From Candidatus Calditenuis fumarioli (GTDB lineage: Archaea > Thermoproteota > Nitrososphaeria_A > Caldarchaeales > Calditenuaceae), in assembly GCA_030059665.1 (NCBI GenBank), contig JANVYR010000001.1, forward strand, positions 352,001 to 416,000: a stretch of 64,000 nucleotides of DNA, written 5' to 3'. Below the pieces are notes generated by a model. The model was not told where the DNA came from. It saw nothing but the letters and a program-made list of their open reading frames with translations, and searched no databases. The translations under genes were made by a program, and so were the position numbers. The stretch's first letter is position 1. Each line of letters begins with the position of its first letter. Of this stretch, positions 26,561 to 36,316 are shown one piece after another.

Positions 26561-28093
26561 ATGGCGAGCAGCGCAGGTCACGGCCGCCTTGCCCTTCACC
26601 CGATGGAGAGGTCGGTCCTCAAAGCTCTGGTCCGGAGGGGAAGGGCTAGCTTCACGGAGCTCGCGCAGGAGCTGCAGCTGAAGGTCGACGCTGTGGCTAA
26701 GGCCGCGGAGCGGCTCCAGATGAAGGGCCTCGCGAAAGTGGAGGAGGTCGTACTGGACAGGGTCGCGCAGCTGAGCGAGGAGGGCGCCGAGTACGCAGAG
26801 CGCGGCCTACCGGAGCGGAGGCTTGTCGACGAACTCCGGGCGAGGGGAGGGAGAGCTGACCTCGAAGAGCTGAAGCGCGCCCTCGGAGAGAACGTGGTCC
26901 AGATCGGCATCATTTGGGCGAAGAAGTCCGGATGGATAGAGATCAGCAGGTCCGACGGCAGAACCGTCCTCAACCTCGTGAACTACCCCGAGTCGCCGAC
27001 GGAGGAGGAGCTGGTCCTGAGGTTCCTCGCGGACGGTCCGAAGCGGCTGAGCGAGCTCGGTCCCTACTCTGAAGCCTGCGAGCGCCTATCCCGAAGGGCT
27101 GGGCTGGTGCTCATCAGGGAGGTGAGGGAGCACGTGCTCTCGCCCACCGAGACGGCCCTCTCGCTCTACGGAGAGCTGGAGGAGGTGACGGAGGTGAGCC
27201 AGCTGACGCCCGAGCTCCTCAAGACCGGACGCTGGCGGGAGGTCAGGCTTGCACGTTACGACGTGTACGCACCGGTGAAGCCGGTCTTCGCGGCCAGGGA
27301 GCACCCCCTCAGCGCGCTCATCCGGAGGGTCAGGGAGGCCTTCGTCGAGCTCGGGTTCCAGGAGGTGAAGGGGCCGCTGGTCGAGCTGGCCTTCTGGAAC
27401 TTCGACGCCCTCTTCCAGCCGCAGGACCATCCTGCGAGGGAGATGCATGACACGTTCTACCTCGCCCGGCCGAGCAGAGGCAGGATCCCCGAGGAGCTGG
27501 CGGAGTGCGTGAGGGCTGCCCACGAGAACGGAGCGGGGACCGGTTCGAAGGGGTGGCGGTACAGGTGGAGCGCGGAGGAGGCGAGCAAACTCATCCTCAG
27601 GACCCACACCACCGCGACCACCATCAGGTACCTCGCAGACCACCGGGAACCGCCGGTGAAGGTCTTCTCGGTCGACAGGATCTTCAGGAACGAGAGGGTC
27701 AACTGGAAGAGGCTGGCCGAGTTCCACCAGATCGAGGGGATCCTTATGGACAGGGGAGTCGGGCTGAGGCACCTGATGGGCGTCATACGTGAGTTCTACT
27801 CGAGGCTCGGGCTGAGGGACGTCCGGTTCAGGCCCAGCTACTTCCCTTACACGGAGCCCTCGGCTGAGGTGGACGTCTACCTCAAGGACCTCGGCAGGTG
27901 GGTTGAGCTGGGTGGGATGGGGGTGTTCAGGCCCGAGGTGACCAGGCCGCTCGGCGTAGTCCACCCTGTACTGGCATGGGGTCTGGGGCTGGAGAGGCTC
28001 GCGATCATCATCTACGGCGTCGAGGACATCAGGGAGCTGTACCGGAACGACCTGAGCTGGATTCGCTCCGTCGACCCGTTCGCGTGGAGGTGA
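26561..28093 (+). CDS. pheS: Phenylalanine--tRNA ligase alpha subunit (archaeal/eukaryotic type)
   Basis: N-terminal wHTH repeats, HP, FWNFDALFQPQDHPAREMHDTFY, RIFRNE, EFHQIEG and YFPYTEPS. Confidence 0.97.
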   Translation: MASSAGHGRLALHPMERSVLKALVRRGRASFTELAQELQLKVDAVAKAAERLQMKGLAKVEEVVLDRVAQLSEEGAEYAERGLPERRLVDELRARGGRADLEELKRALGENVVQIGIIWAKKSGWIEISRSDGRTVLNLVNYPESPTEEELVLRFLADGPKRLSELGPYSEACERLSRRAGLVLIREVREHVLSPTETALSLYGELEEVTEVSQLTPELLKTGRWREVRLARYDVYAPVKPVFAAREHPLSALIRRVREAFVELGFQEVKGPLVELAFWNFDALFQPQDHPAREMHDTFYLARPSRGRIPEELAECVRAAHENGAGTGSKGWRYRWSAEEASKLILRTHTTATTIRYLADHREPPVKVFSVDRIFRNERVNWKRLAEFHQIEGILMDRGVGLRHLMGVIREFYSRLGLRDVRFRPSYFPYTEPSAEVDVYLKDLGRWVELGGMGVFRPEVTRPLGVVHPVLAWGLGLERLAIIIYGVEDIRELYRNDLSWIRSVDPFAWR

Positions 28094-28114
28094 TCGTCTA
28101 CGCCAGCGATCCTC

Positions 28115-29758
28115 GTGAGACCAGAGCGGATCTCCAAGTTCCTCGGACGCGAGATCGGAGCCGACCAGCTATCCGAGCTGCTCGCGAGGCTCGGGATCTC
28201 GGTGGACGAGGTCACAGGGGAGGGCATCAAGGCGGAGTACAACCCGAACAGGCCGGACTTCTCGTCGCACGCCGGAATCGCCAGAGCGCTGAAGGGACTG
28301 CTGGGGATCGAGCTGGGCCCACCCAGGGTGACCTGCAGGCGTTCGGGCTGGAGGGTGATCGTCGACGGGAGCGTGAAGCGCGTCAGGCCGTACGTCGTCG
28401 CGGGGCTGGTGAGGGGCCTCAGGCTCGACGAGCAGGACATCGCGGAGCTCATCGCGATGCAGGAGGACCTCCACTGGGTCCTCGGGAGGGACAGGAAGAA
28501 GGTGGCCATAGGGCTCCACGACGCCTCCAAGGTCAGACCCCCGATCAGGTACCTCGCACGGCCACTGAGCGAGGTGAGGTTCGTGCCCCTCCACGAGTCC
28601 TTCCCCATGACGGCCGAGGAGATACTCGAGAGGCTCGAGACGGGCCGAAAGTACGCCCACCTGGTGAGGCCTCACGGCCTTGCGCCGCTGCTGGTCGACG
28701 CCAAGGGAGACGTACTGTCATTCCCGCCGGTGATCAACTCGTCGCTGACCGAAGTGACCACCTCGACCTCAGACGTCTTCATCGACGTGACCGGCACCGA
28801 TCCGGAGGCGATATCGAGGGCCCTGAACGTCCTCGTCTACGCATTGCACGACATGGGAGGGAGACTCTACTCGGTCGAGGTGATGGACGGCAGGAGGAGG
28901 TCGAGGACCCCTGACCTGAGGTCGGAGAGGTGGAGGGTCGATCTTCGGACGGTGAACGAGGTGCTGGGGGTTGCGCTGAGCGAGCGCGAGGCCGTCAGGG
29001 CGTTGAGGATGATGCGACTCGGCGCGAGGCTTCGCGGCAAAGGGTCGATCGAGGTGGACGTGCCTCCGTACAGGGCCGATGTGCTTCACCCGGTGGACTT
29101 CGCGGAGGAGGTCTTCATCGCCATGCAGGAGAAGGTGGTTCCCGAGTTCCCCGGCACCCTAACCTTCGGAGGACTGCTGTCAGAAACGAGGGCCGCGGAC
29201 GCGATCAGGTCCGCCTTCATCGGGCTGGGTTTCACCGAGGCCTTCAACACCGTTCTGAGCAACTACAGGAGGGACTACGTGGCGCTCTCGATATCCGACC
29301 CTGAGCCAGTCAGGATCCTCAACCCCGTATCGGCCGAGTACGACATCCTAAGGACGATGCTGCTGCCGGGGCTGCTCTCGACGCTCGCAGCGAACAAGCA
29401 CAACCCCTACCCGCAGAGGTTCTTCGAGGTGGGCGACGTGGTGCTGCACGATCCTTCAGCGCCGGAGATGGCGAGGAGGGTCCTGAGGGCCGCGTGCGTG
29501 ACCTCCCACTCCTCCGCCTCCTACTCCGAGATCAAGGCCGTCTACGAGGAGTTCTCTCGATACGTCAAGAGGCAGATCTCGGCCGTCGAGCGCGATTACC
29601 CGTTCATGATCCCTGGAAGGTCGGTCTCTTTGGTCTACAACGGAAGGGAGATAGGGCTTGCGGGCGAGGTCCACCCTGCGGTGCTCGAATCATTCGGGCT
29701 GGAGATGCCGGTCGCGGCGATGGAGATTGACCTTCAAGCCCTCGGCCTCTGGAGCTGA
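28115..29758 (+). CDS. pheT: Phenylalanine--tRNA ligase beta subunit (true start may be the ACG at 28100)
   Basis: NRPD, QEDLH...GR.RKKVAIGLHD, SFPPVINS, R.DVLHPVD and LR..LLPGLL. Confidence 0.95.
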   Translation: MRPERISKFLGREIGADQLSELLARLGISVDEVTGEGIKAEYNPNRPDFSSHAGIARALKGLLGIELGPPRVTCRRSGWRVIVDGSVKRVRPYVVAGLVRGLRLDEQDIAELIAMQEDLHWVLGRDRKKVAIGLHDASKVRPPIRYLARPLSEVRFVPLHESFPMTAEEILERLETGRKYAHLVRPHGLAPLLVDAKGDVLSFPPVINSSLTEVTTSTSDVFIDVTGTDPEAISRALNVLVYALHDMGGRLYSVEVMDGRRRSRTPDLRSERWRVDLRTVNEVLGVALSEREAVRALRMMRLGARLRGKGSIEVDVPPYRADVLHPVDFAEEVFIAMQEKVVPEFPGTLTFGGLLSETRAADAIRSAFIGLGFTEAFNTVLSNYRRDYVALSISDPEPVRILNPVSAEYDILRTMLLPGLLSTLAANKHNPYPQRFFEVGDVVLHDPSAPEMARRVLRAACVTSHSSASYSEIKAVYEEFSRYVKRQISAVERDYPFMIPGRSVSLVYNGREIGLAGEVHPAVLESFGLEMPVAAMEIDLQALGLWS

Positions 29759-29769
29759 ACGGCCACTTA

Positions 29770-30198
29770 TCACCGGCCGGCCATCAACCTCCTGTGCTCC
29801 TTCATCATGCACCTGTTCCATACGATCGTGATGCCCCTCGACCTCGCCAGCCCGACGGCGTCCGGGTGGTAGATCCCCTCCTGCAGCCAGATGACCTTCG
29901 GCCTCAGCTCAACGGCCTCCTTCACCACCTCCGGAACCGCCTCGGAGGGCCTGAAGACGTCTACAATGTCCACGGGCCCAGGCACTTCTTTGAGGCTTTT
30001 GTAGACTTTCAGACCGAGGATCTCCTCCGCGGTCGGGTTGACGGGGACGATCTCGTAACCGTGCTCGAGCAGGTACTTCGGAACGTAGTGCGCCGGCTTC
30101 GCTGGATCGCGCGACATCCCCACAACCGCTATTCGCTTCATCAAAAGTATCCGCCTGATCTCCTCGTCGGAGAGGCCGTCGTGCGGGATGGGCTCCAC
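29770..30198 (-). CDS. CoA-binding domain protein (YccU-like)
   Basis: IAVVGMS..P.KP, PVNP, VDIVDVFRP, IWLQEG and NRC.M.EH. Confidence 0.9.
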   Translation of the reverse strand: MEPIPHDGLSDEEIRRILLMKRIAVVGMSRDPAKPAHYVPKYLLEHGYEIVPVNPTAEEILGLKVYKSLKEVPGPVDIVDVFRPSEAVPEVVKEAVELRPKVIWLQEGIYHPDAVGLARSRGITIVWNRCMMKEHRRLMAGR

Positions 30199-30401
30199 AC
30201 CCGCAGCCGCGTCTGGCCACTGATATCCTTATTCCGATGACGCCGGGCTGACGGCGCTTACGCGGCCGTTTACCGACCGATCCGACCGATTCGGGATGTC
30301 TGTGTGCCGCGTGCGCAGATATACCACCCTTTCGTTGTAATCGCGTGGTGGAACCGTTCGAGGACCCGCTGGTGAGGAGGTTAAGGGGCCCGTCTCCGGT
30401 G

Positions 30402-30518
30402 ATGCCATCGGACATAGAGATGATCCTGAGGGAGCTGATCGAGCTGAAGCGTGAGGTCAAGATGATCCGGAGGGCCCTCGAGAAGCACGGTATCAAGATA
30501 GAGGAGGGAGGTCCCTGA
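30402..30518 (+). CDS. Small (38 aa) amphipathic/coiled-coil protein, absent from the ORF track
   Basis: MPSDIEMILRELIELKREVKMIRRALEKHGIKIEEGGP*; host-like codons; TTAAG box about 20 nt upstream. Confidence 0.55.
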   Translation: MPSDIEMILRELIELKREVKMIRRALEKHGIKIEEGGP

Positions 30519-31053
30519 AGAGCTGGGTCAGGACCGGCCTGAGGGCTCTGGCGACCCCAATCGTCAGCTCCACGTCCTCCTTGCAGTGCCTGAGGATCCG
30601 CGAGAGCTCCCTGCCCTTCCCGAGCAGGGCCCGCTCGTAGAGCATCGGCACGTCGGCGCCGAGGGTCTCCTCTACCCTCCTGAGGCCGAGGAACCTGACG
30701 ACGTTCCATAGCGATGTGTTGCTAAGCCTCAGCTCCTTCTCCACCACCGTCGCGAGGTCCACATGTCTCGGAGCGTAGATCGGAGACGGATCCACCCTCA
30801 GCTTGATGCACCTGGTGACCAACCACGGCACGTCGAACGAGGAGCCTCGCCACGTGAAGAGAACGTGCGATCTGCCGATCCGCTTCAGCAAAGCCTCCAC
30901 CACCTGCCTCTCCTGCTCGGGCCTCCTAACGAGGAAGCTCCTGAGGCGGCCGGTCCAGAAGTCACCGATCACGGCGCAGACCAGGTGGCCGGTGTCCGCG
31001 TGAAGCGAGGTCGTCTCGATGTCGAGCGCTATCACGTCAGGTTTGGGCCTCAC
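30493..31053 (-). CDS. RNase H-like (YprB/MrfB-type DEDD) exonuclease domain protein
   Basis: LDIET, TW.G.SFDVP, HVDL and Y/HC.EDV acidic motifs. Confidence 0.8.
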   Translation of the reverse strand: MRPKPDVIALDIETTSLHADTGHLVCAVIGDFWTGRLRSFLVRRPEQERQVVEALLKRIGRSHVLFTWRGSSFDVPWLVTRCIKLRVDPSPIYAPRHVDLATVVEKELRLSNTSLWNVVRFLGLRRVEETLGADVPMLYERALLGKGRELSRILRHCKEDVELTIGVARALRPVLTQLFRDLPPLS

Positions 31054-31151
31054 GCCTCCAGGGATGGATCGAGCGACGGATAAGGAGATCCATCAGTAGG
31101 CCGATACGGGTCGATCGAGGGGGTAGGAATCTATGCTCGATCGGCCAGAAG

Positions 31152-32321
31152 TCAGGCCAGCCGCTTGATCCCCTCGAATGTCGAGACCTTCACGTTCGGA
31201 GGAACCTCCAGGGGGTCCGAGAGCCTCGCACCGATCAGGTAGTAGGTGCCACCACGATCCCTCAGGAGGTCCAGCAGCCTCTGCGTCACCACGCCGTCAA
31301 AGACCACGTACCTCACCTCGTCGCCCGCCGATAGCCGCTGGTAAAGCTCGCTGACCGGGACCCGGAACACCTCCCGCATGTCCTCGGTGAGGCCCACCGC
31401 GATCAGGTTCCCCTCGACCTCCTCCACGAGCTTCCCGATCAGCTCACGCTGCCCCTCCTCGACCGGCGGCTGCTCACGCTCGACATGGGCACCGATCCTC
31501 TTGAGGGCCTCCTGCAACGGAACCGCGGAGGCGAGCGCCTCAGCCACCTCCTTCATGCTCAGCTCCTCAACCTCCCTGCCGTGCGGCGCCCTCGCCACGA
31601 GGTCGATCCTGACGCGCCTCGCCAGCTCCCTGAGGATCATGTCACCGCCCCTGTCGCCGTCTAGGAACGCGATCACCTTCTTCTTCCTCGCGAGGAGCTC
31701 CTCGAGCGAGTAGGGTATCTTGACGCCCTCGATGCCGATGACGTTCGTGTAACCGTACCTCAGGAGGTTGATCACGTCGGCCCTGCCCTCGACCAGAATC
31801 ACCTCCTCAGAGCTGAGGGCATCTGGCCCCGCGGGGAGGTTGTCAGGACCGACGTTCACAACGCGGGCCCTAACGACGGACTCCTCCAGCTCCTTCAGCG
31901 CCTCGTCCACCTCCGGGACGCGCTTCTTCTCCCACTCCAAGAGTATCGCCCTGGCCCTCTCGATGATCCTCTTCCTCTTCTCCGCCCTGACGTCCTCGAT
32001 CTTCTCGATCACGACCCTCGCAGAGTACGGGCCCACCTTGTCGACGCTCTCGACCATCGCCGCGACCAGCGCCGTGTGGAACCTGTCCATGCTCGTGGGG
32101 ATGGTGATCTTCCCGACGACCCTGTCGCCCTGCGCGTGGACCTGGACCTCAATCCTGCCGATCCTGCCGGTTCGCTGGAGCTCCCTCAGGTCGAGGTCCG
32201 AGCTGAAGATCCCCTCGGTCTGCCCGAAGATCGCTCCGACGACGTCGTTCTTGTCCACCAGGCCGTCGACCTCTATCCTGGCCTCGATCACGTACTTCGT
32301 CGAGCTCGGTTGGCTCGTCAT
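31152..32321 (-). CDS. dnaG: Archaeal DnaG (TOPRIM; exosome-associated primase)
   Basis: DVVGAIFGQTEG, LRELQ.TGRIGRI, ILVEGRADV and FLDGDRGG. Confidence 0.95.
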   Translation of the reverse strand: MTSQPSSTKYVIEARIEVDGLVDKNDVVGAIFGQTEGIFSSDLDLRELQRTGRIGRIEVQVHAQGDRVVGKITIPTSMDRFHTALVAAMVESVDKVGPYSARVVIEKIEDVRAEKRKRIIERARAILLEWEKKRVPEVDEALKELEESVVRARVVNVGPDNLPAGPDALSSEEVILVEGRADVINLLRYGYTNVIGIEGVKIPYSLEELLARKKKVIAFLDGDRGGDMILRELARRVRIDLVARAPHGREVEELSMKEVAEALASAVPLQEALKRIGAHVEREQPPVEEGQRELIGKLVEEVEGNLIAVGLTEDMREVFRVPVSELYQRLSAGDEVRYVVFDGVVTQRLLDLLRDRGGTYYLIGARLSDPLEVPPNVKVSTFEGIKRLA

Positions 32322-32399
32322 AGCCTATCCCGTTCGGTTAACCTCAACCCTCACGTTATAAAATTATAATTCGGTCAACGGGGAAAGCCGTCACGCAGC

Positions 32400-33677
32400 T
32401 CAGAGGAAAAGGAGGAAGGGCATGTAAATGGTTAGAGAGACGGCGGTCACCAGGAGACCGACCTTGGCGAACCTGAGGTAACTTATCGTCCGGCCGTATC
32501 GGCTCTCGAGGACCTCGAGCACTATCACGTTGGACGCAGCACCCAGGATCGTGAGGTTGCCCGCCAGCGTGGAGGATGTCGCCAGGGTCAGCCAGACGTC
32601 GACGTCCTGACCGGTCACGCCCGCCTCCCTGAGCTGCTGTATCGCCAGCTTCGCGAATGGAACGTTGCTTATCAACTGGCTCATCGTCAACGAGATTGCG
32701 GCCAACTTCAGGAGGCCGAAGGTCTCGGTCACGTCTCCCTGGTTCACGGCCAGGAGAAGGGGCGAGAGGACCTGCGACCGCCAGACCCCCTCAACCGTTA
32801 TGAACATTCCGAGGAAGAACAGTATCGTGCCGAAGTCCACCCTCGAGAGGATCTCCCTCGGATTGTCGGTGAAGGACCAGATGGCTGCGGCCACGACGAA
32901 GGGTATCAGGCCCCGGGACGTGACGTGAGGCTGGCCCAGAGCCGCGAGGACGTCGTTCACCATCAGCGCGCCAACCGCAGAACCTCCTCCGATGACCGCG
33001 AGGTAGAACTCCCTCCGCGACCTCACCGCCTCCCAAGGAGCCGCCGGGACCACCACCCTCTCCCTCGGGATTTTGTAAAGCCTGATGAGGATCAGCGGGA
33101 GGACGATCAGGGAGAGCAGCGTCGGGACTGCCAGCCTCGCCAGGAAGTCTATGAAGGGAGACCTCATTCCCGACTGGAGGGCTATCAGGACGTTCTGGGG
33201 GTTGCCTATTGGGGTCATCACGGAGCCGATGGTTATCGAGAAGCAGAGCAGCAGGAACGCAGCCTCGTACATGCCCCCGAGGGACTTCCCGACGAGCACG
33301 GCGATAGGCGGGCCCATCAGCGCGACCGTGTCGTTGACGAAGAAGGCAGACATTAGCCCGAACAGCAGGGAGGAGACGAGCATCAGAGTCCACTTGTCCC
33401 TCACCCTGGAGAGGAAGTAGCTCGCGATGAAGTCCAGGAGGCCCGAGTGCTCGGCCACACCGACGAGTGCGAACATCCCGATCAGAAGCATCACCACGTC
33501 GAGGTCCACCAGTTGGGCGGCCTCATCGATTCCAACGAGGCCCAGCATTAGAGTGACGGACGCTGACAGGATCATGACGGACCAGATCGGGATCCGCGGG
33601 AACCTGCCCCTCAGCACGGTTCCTCCGAGGAGTATCGAGAGCACCAGGAGTCCCGAGATGAGGGTCGTGGCGTTCAT
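32400..33677 (-). CDS. ArsB/NhaD/SLC13-family anion permease
   Basis: About 11 TM segments; SAFFVNDT, GSVMTPIGNPQN, SNVP and AGNLTILGAASN. Confidence 0.85.
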   Translation of the reverse strand: MNATTLISGLLVLSILLGGTVLRGRFPRIPIWSVMILSASVTLMLGLVGIDEAAQLVDLDVVMLLIGMFALVGVAEHSGLLDFIASYFLSRVRDKWTLMLVSSLLFGLMSAFFVNDTVALMGPPIAVLVGKSLGGMYEAAFLLLCFSITIGSVMTPIGNPQNVLIALQSGMRSPFIDFLARLAVPTLLSLIVLPLILIRLYKIPRERVVVPAAPWEAVRSRREFYLAVIGGGSAVGALMVNDVLAALGQPHVTSRGLIPFVVAAAIWSFTDNPREILSRVDFGTILFFLGMFITVEGVWRSQVLSPLLLAVNQGDVTETFGLLKLAAISLTMSQLISNVPFAKLAIQQLREAGVTGQDVDVWLTLATSSTLAGNLTILGAASNVIVLEVLESRYGRTISYLRFAKVGLLVTAVSLTIYMPFLLFL

Positions 33678-33954
33678 AGCGGACCTCGGTTCCGGGTGTC
33701 GTCGACCACTTTAAGCTGCAGCCGTCTCGTTGCGCGGAGCTCTCCGTCTCGGCTCCGTTGAACTTCCAGCGTTGCACAGCTCAGTCCAATACTGGGTTAC
33801 CCTTCGATCGTCGCCCCGTTGGCCGATCCACCACCTGATCCCCCAGCTTTCCGGTCGCCGGAACCGTTCTAACCGTTCCGAACGGATCTGACCAGCGGAT
33901 TGGCAGGTTCTATTCCAGAACCCCTTATCACGGGCCACGAAGCGCTGTTCACCG

Positions 33955-34863
33955 ATGAGCTCGGTCAGGGCCTGGACCGCTGTGGCGCTGGTGCTGATGA
34001 TGCTAGCAGGGGTAATTCCGTTGGTGCTGGCGCAGGAGGGGAACGGCGAGGAGCAGGAACTTCCTCCAGGGCTCGCGATCACCTCGGAGCTCAGGGCGAT
34101 CATCGAGGAGCACCGGGAGGCCGTTCAGTCGGTGATCCTTGAGTTCCGGATGAAGCTCGAGAACATCACTGAGAGGAAGACGGAGCTGATACGGACCTAC
34201 CTCGAGGAGAGGGTCAACAGGACCGAGGCGATAAGGGAGGAGATGGAGAGGCTGAGGCGGTTGTTCGAGGCCGGCAACCTGACCAGGGAGGAGTACCTGG
34301 TCCAGCTCAAGGCCCTTCAAGACCAGCTGAAGGCGCTGAACAAGGCATCCGAGAAGCTGGGTCATCTGATCCAGGACCTCGTGAAGGAGCTGAAGGACGC
34401 GGTCAAGGAGAAGGTCGAGAGGCTCAGGGAGATCAACAGGGAGTTCGGCAGGAGGGTCTCGGAGGAGGCAAGGAAGATCGGAGAGGAGATGAGGGAGAGG
34501 GCCCGAGGGAGGGAGGAGACGGAGGGAGGAACCGGCACAACGACGACCAACCAGACATCAACGGCCCACGGTGAGAGAGGTCAGAGGGGACGCGGAAGGG
34601 GCAACCCGCACTCCGAGGGCACCTCCACCTCAACCGGCACAGGCTCCGGTGACGACCATGGGAACGGACGCGGAAGGTCAACGGTCACAACGACCACCAC
34701 GACCACCACCGGCAACGACGCGGGCTCCGATCAGGGTCACGGACGAGGCAGGGGCAACGGAGGAGGGGGCGGTGAGGATCGGGGGAACCACGGTCGCGGC
34801 AACGGCCAGAACAACGGAAGAGGCGATGGTGACGAACGCGGTGGAAGAGGACGTAACGGATGA
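33955..34863 (+). CDS. Secreted hypothetical protein: signal peptide, coiled coil and a Gly/Arg/Asn/His/Thr low-complexity tail
   Basis: Signal peptide ending VLA-Q, about 150 aa of heptad-rich helix, then poly-Thr runs and repeated HG.GRG.G units. Confidence 0.75.
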   Translation: MSSVRAWTAVALVLMMLAGVIPLVLAQEGNGEEQELPPGLAITSELRAIIEEHREAVQSVILEFRMKLENITERKTELIRTYLEERVNRTEAIREEMERLRRLFEAGNLTREEYLVQLKALQDQLKALNKASEKLGHLIQDLVKELKDAVKEKVERLREINREFGRRVSEEARKIGEEMRERARGREETEGGTGTTTTNQTSTAHGERGQRGRGRGNPHSEGTSTSTGTGSGDDHGNGRGRSTVTTTTTTTTGNDAGSDQGHGRGRGNGGGGGEDRGNHGRGNGQNNGRGDGDERGGRGRNG

Positions 34864-34897
34864 GCTAAATCCCAGCTGGGCTGAGCGGCCGTAGCGG

Positions 34898-35815
34898 ATG
34901 TCGCCGATCGCGCTGGCGCTGCTCGCACTCGTGGTAGCGGGTCAGGGAACCCCTCTGACGGTTTACCAGATACAACTCAGGGCCGATGGCTCTGCGATAT
35001 GGACGGTGGAGCACCGCTACCCGCTGGGGGACCAAGTCTCGTCGCAGCTCTTCGAGCAGGCGAGCAAGTCCCTTGAGTCCTACGCGACCGATTACGGCAA
35101 CCGACTGGCGTCGCTCGTGGGCAGGATCTCCGAGCAACTGGGGAGACCCATGTCCGTGGAGGGGCTCAACGTCACCGCACGGGTCGTCGAGACTCTGACA
35201 GGAAGGGTCGGGACCATCAGGGTGGAGTTCACCTGGATCGGCTTCGCACAGACTCACGAAGACGGACGACTGGAGGTCGGCGACGTCTTCATCGGCGGAT
35301 TGGTCCTTCTGGAGGGCGAGTCGCTCAGGCTCGCCTTTCCACAAGGGTACGAGACCATCAAGGTCGCACCCAACCCCGACGCATCGGGGCCCTCGTTCGT
35401 CGAGTGGGGTGGGAGGAGGGTCTTTCCGGACGGCGAACCCTACGCGCTCCTAGCACCCGCATCACCTCACTCGGGGCCGGCATCTGGACCTTCGGGTTCG
35501 ACGGGGCGGTCCGCATCCTTTGTCGACCCGTGGACCATCATCCTCTTCGCGGCTCCAACGATCTCGGCCGTTGTAGCTGCGCTGCTCTGGACACGACGTA
35601 GAAGCAGGCCCTCGCCCCAGTGGACCTCTGACGAGGTAGGCGCGGTGCTCGAGGTGATCCGGAGGTACGGTGGCACGGTGACGCAGTCGAAAATCGTCAG
35701 GGAGACGGGCCTCTCCAAGTCAACGGTCAGCACGGTGCTGAAGATCCTCGAACGGGAGGGCGTGGTCGCCAGGCAGAAGGCCGGCCGGGAGAAGCTGGTC
35801 CGACTGCTCAGGTGA
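34898..35815 (+). CDS. Membrane-anchored regulator: extracellular domain, one TM helix and a C-terminal wHTH (DUF4897-like)
   Basis: Signal peptide, beta-rich domain, TM WTIILFAAPTISAVVAALLW, then VTQSKIVRETGLSKSTVS.VLK.LER.G. Confidence 0.75.
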   Translation: MSPIALALLALVVAGQGTPLTVYQIQLRADGSAIWTVEHRYPLGDQVSSQLFEQASKSLESYATDYGNRLASLVGRISEQLGRPMSVEGLNVTARVVETLTGRVGTIRVEFTWIGFAQTHEDGRLEVGDVFIGGLVLLEGESLRLAFPQGYETIKVAPNPDASGPSFVEWGGRRVFPDGEPYALLAPASPHSGPASGPSGSTGRSASFVDPWTIILFAAPTISAVVAALLWTRRRSRPSPQWTSDEVGAVLEVIRRYGGTVTQSKIVRETGLSKSTVSTVLKILEREGVVARQKAGREKLVRLLR

Positions 35816-35899
35816 TCAAGGGCCCGTGCTTTCGACCGCAAGGTTACGGGTCGTGTGGACGGAGAACACTAATCACGATCCGAGAGCATTCACCGATGG

Positions 35900-36265
35900 A
35901 TGCCGATTAAGGTCGCGATCGTCGGGCTCTTCCCCACGGTCTTCTCGACGAGGTGCAAGGCGGTCTGTGATCCTGCAGGCGTCGCTGGACTCAGGACGCT
36001 CGAGGCGCAGCTCTCCGAGTACCCCGAGGTCGTCAGGGCTGGGGTGAAAGCGGTCACCGACGCCGTCAGCGAGCTCATCAGGTTCTTCCCCGATCTGCAG
36101 GTGGAGCTGGTCCACGCGATGAGCCTGAAGGGCCTCGCGCTATCGGTGCGTCACCGACTCCGGAGCGGGACGTATGCGGTATTCGCAGGTAGGGCCTTCG
36201 CATTGCCACATCAGCTGGAGGAGCTCATCGAGTCCGTTGAAGGCGCCCTGGCAAACCGAACATAA
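35900..36265 (+). CDS. Hypothetical protein
   Basis: 121-aa ORF with host codon bias that fills the gap; no motif recognised. Confidence 0.6.
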   Translation: MPIKVAIVGLFPTVFSTRCKAVCDPAGVAGLRTLEAQLSEYPEVVRAGVKAVTDAVSELIRFFPDLQVELVHAMSLKGLALSVRHRLRSGTYAVFAGRAFALPHQLEELIESVEGALANRT

Positions 36266-36316
36266 TCGATTTATGAAATGGGTTAAATGCGGAACCGATG
36301 AGGGAGAGGACCAGAA

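Noticed and set aside
30215-30295. ATGA...CTGA boxes and a CCGACCGAT tandem, suggesting a second C/D sRNA
   Set aside because: No proper C box, and only 7 nt between the C'-like and D-like boxes.
35837-35850. CGACCGCAAGGTT, identical to a bacterial 16S helix 27 segment
   Set aside because: Only 13 nt with no flanking rRNA similarity; most likely a chance GNRA hairpin.
36266-36316. TPP riboswitch upstream of thiW
   Set aside because: The gap is only about 50 nt and lacks the conserved CUGAGA core.
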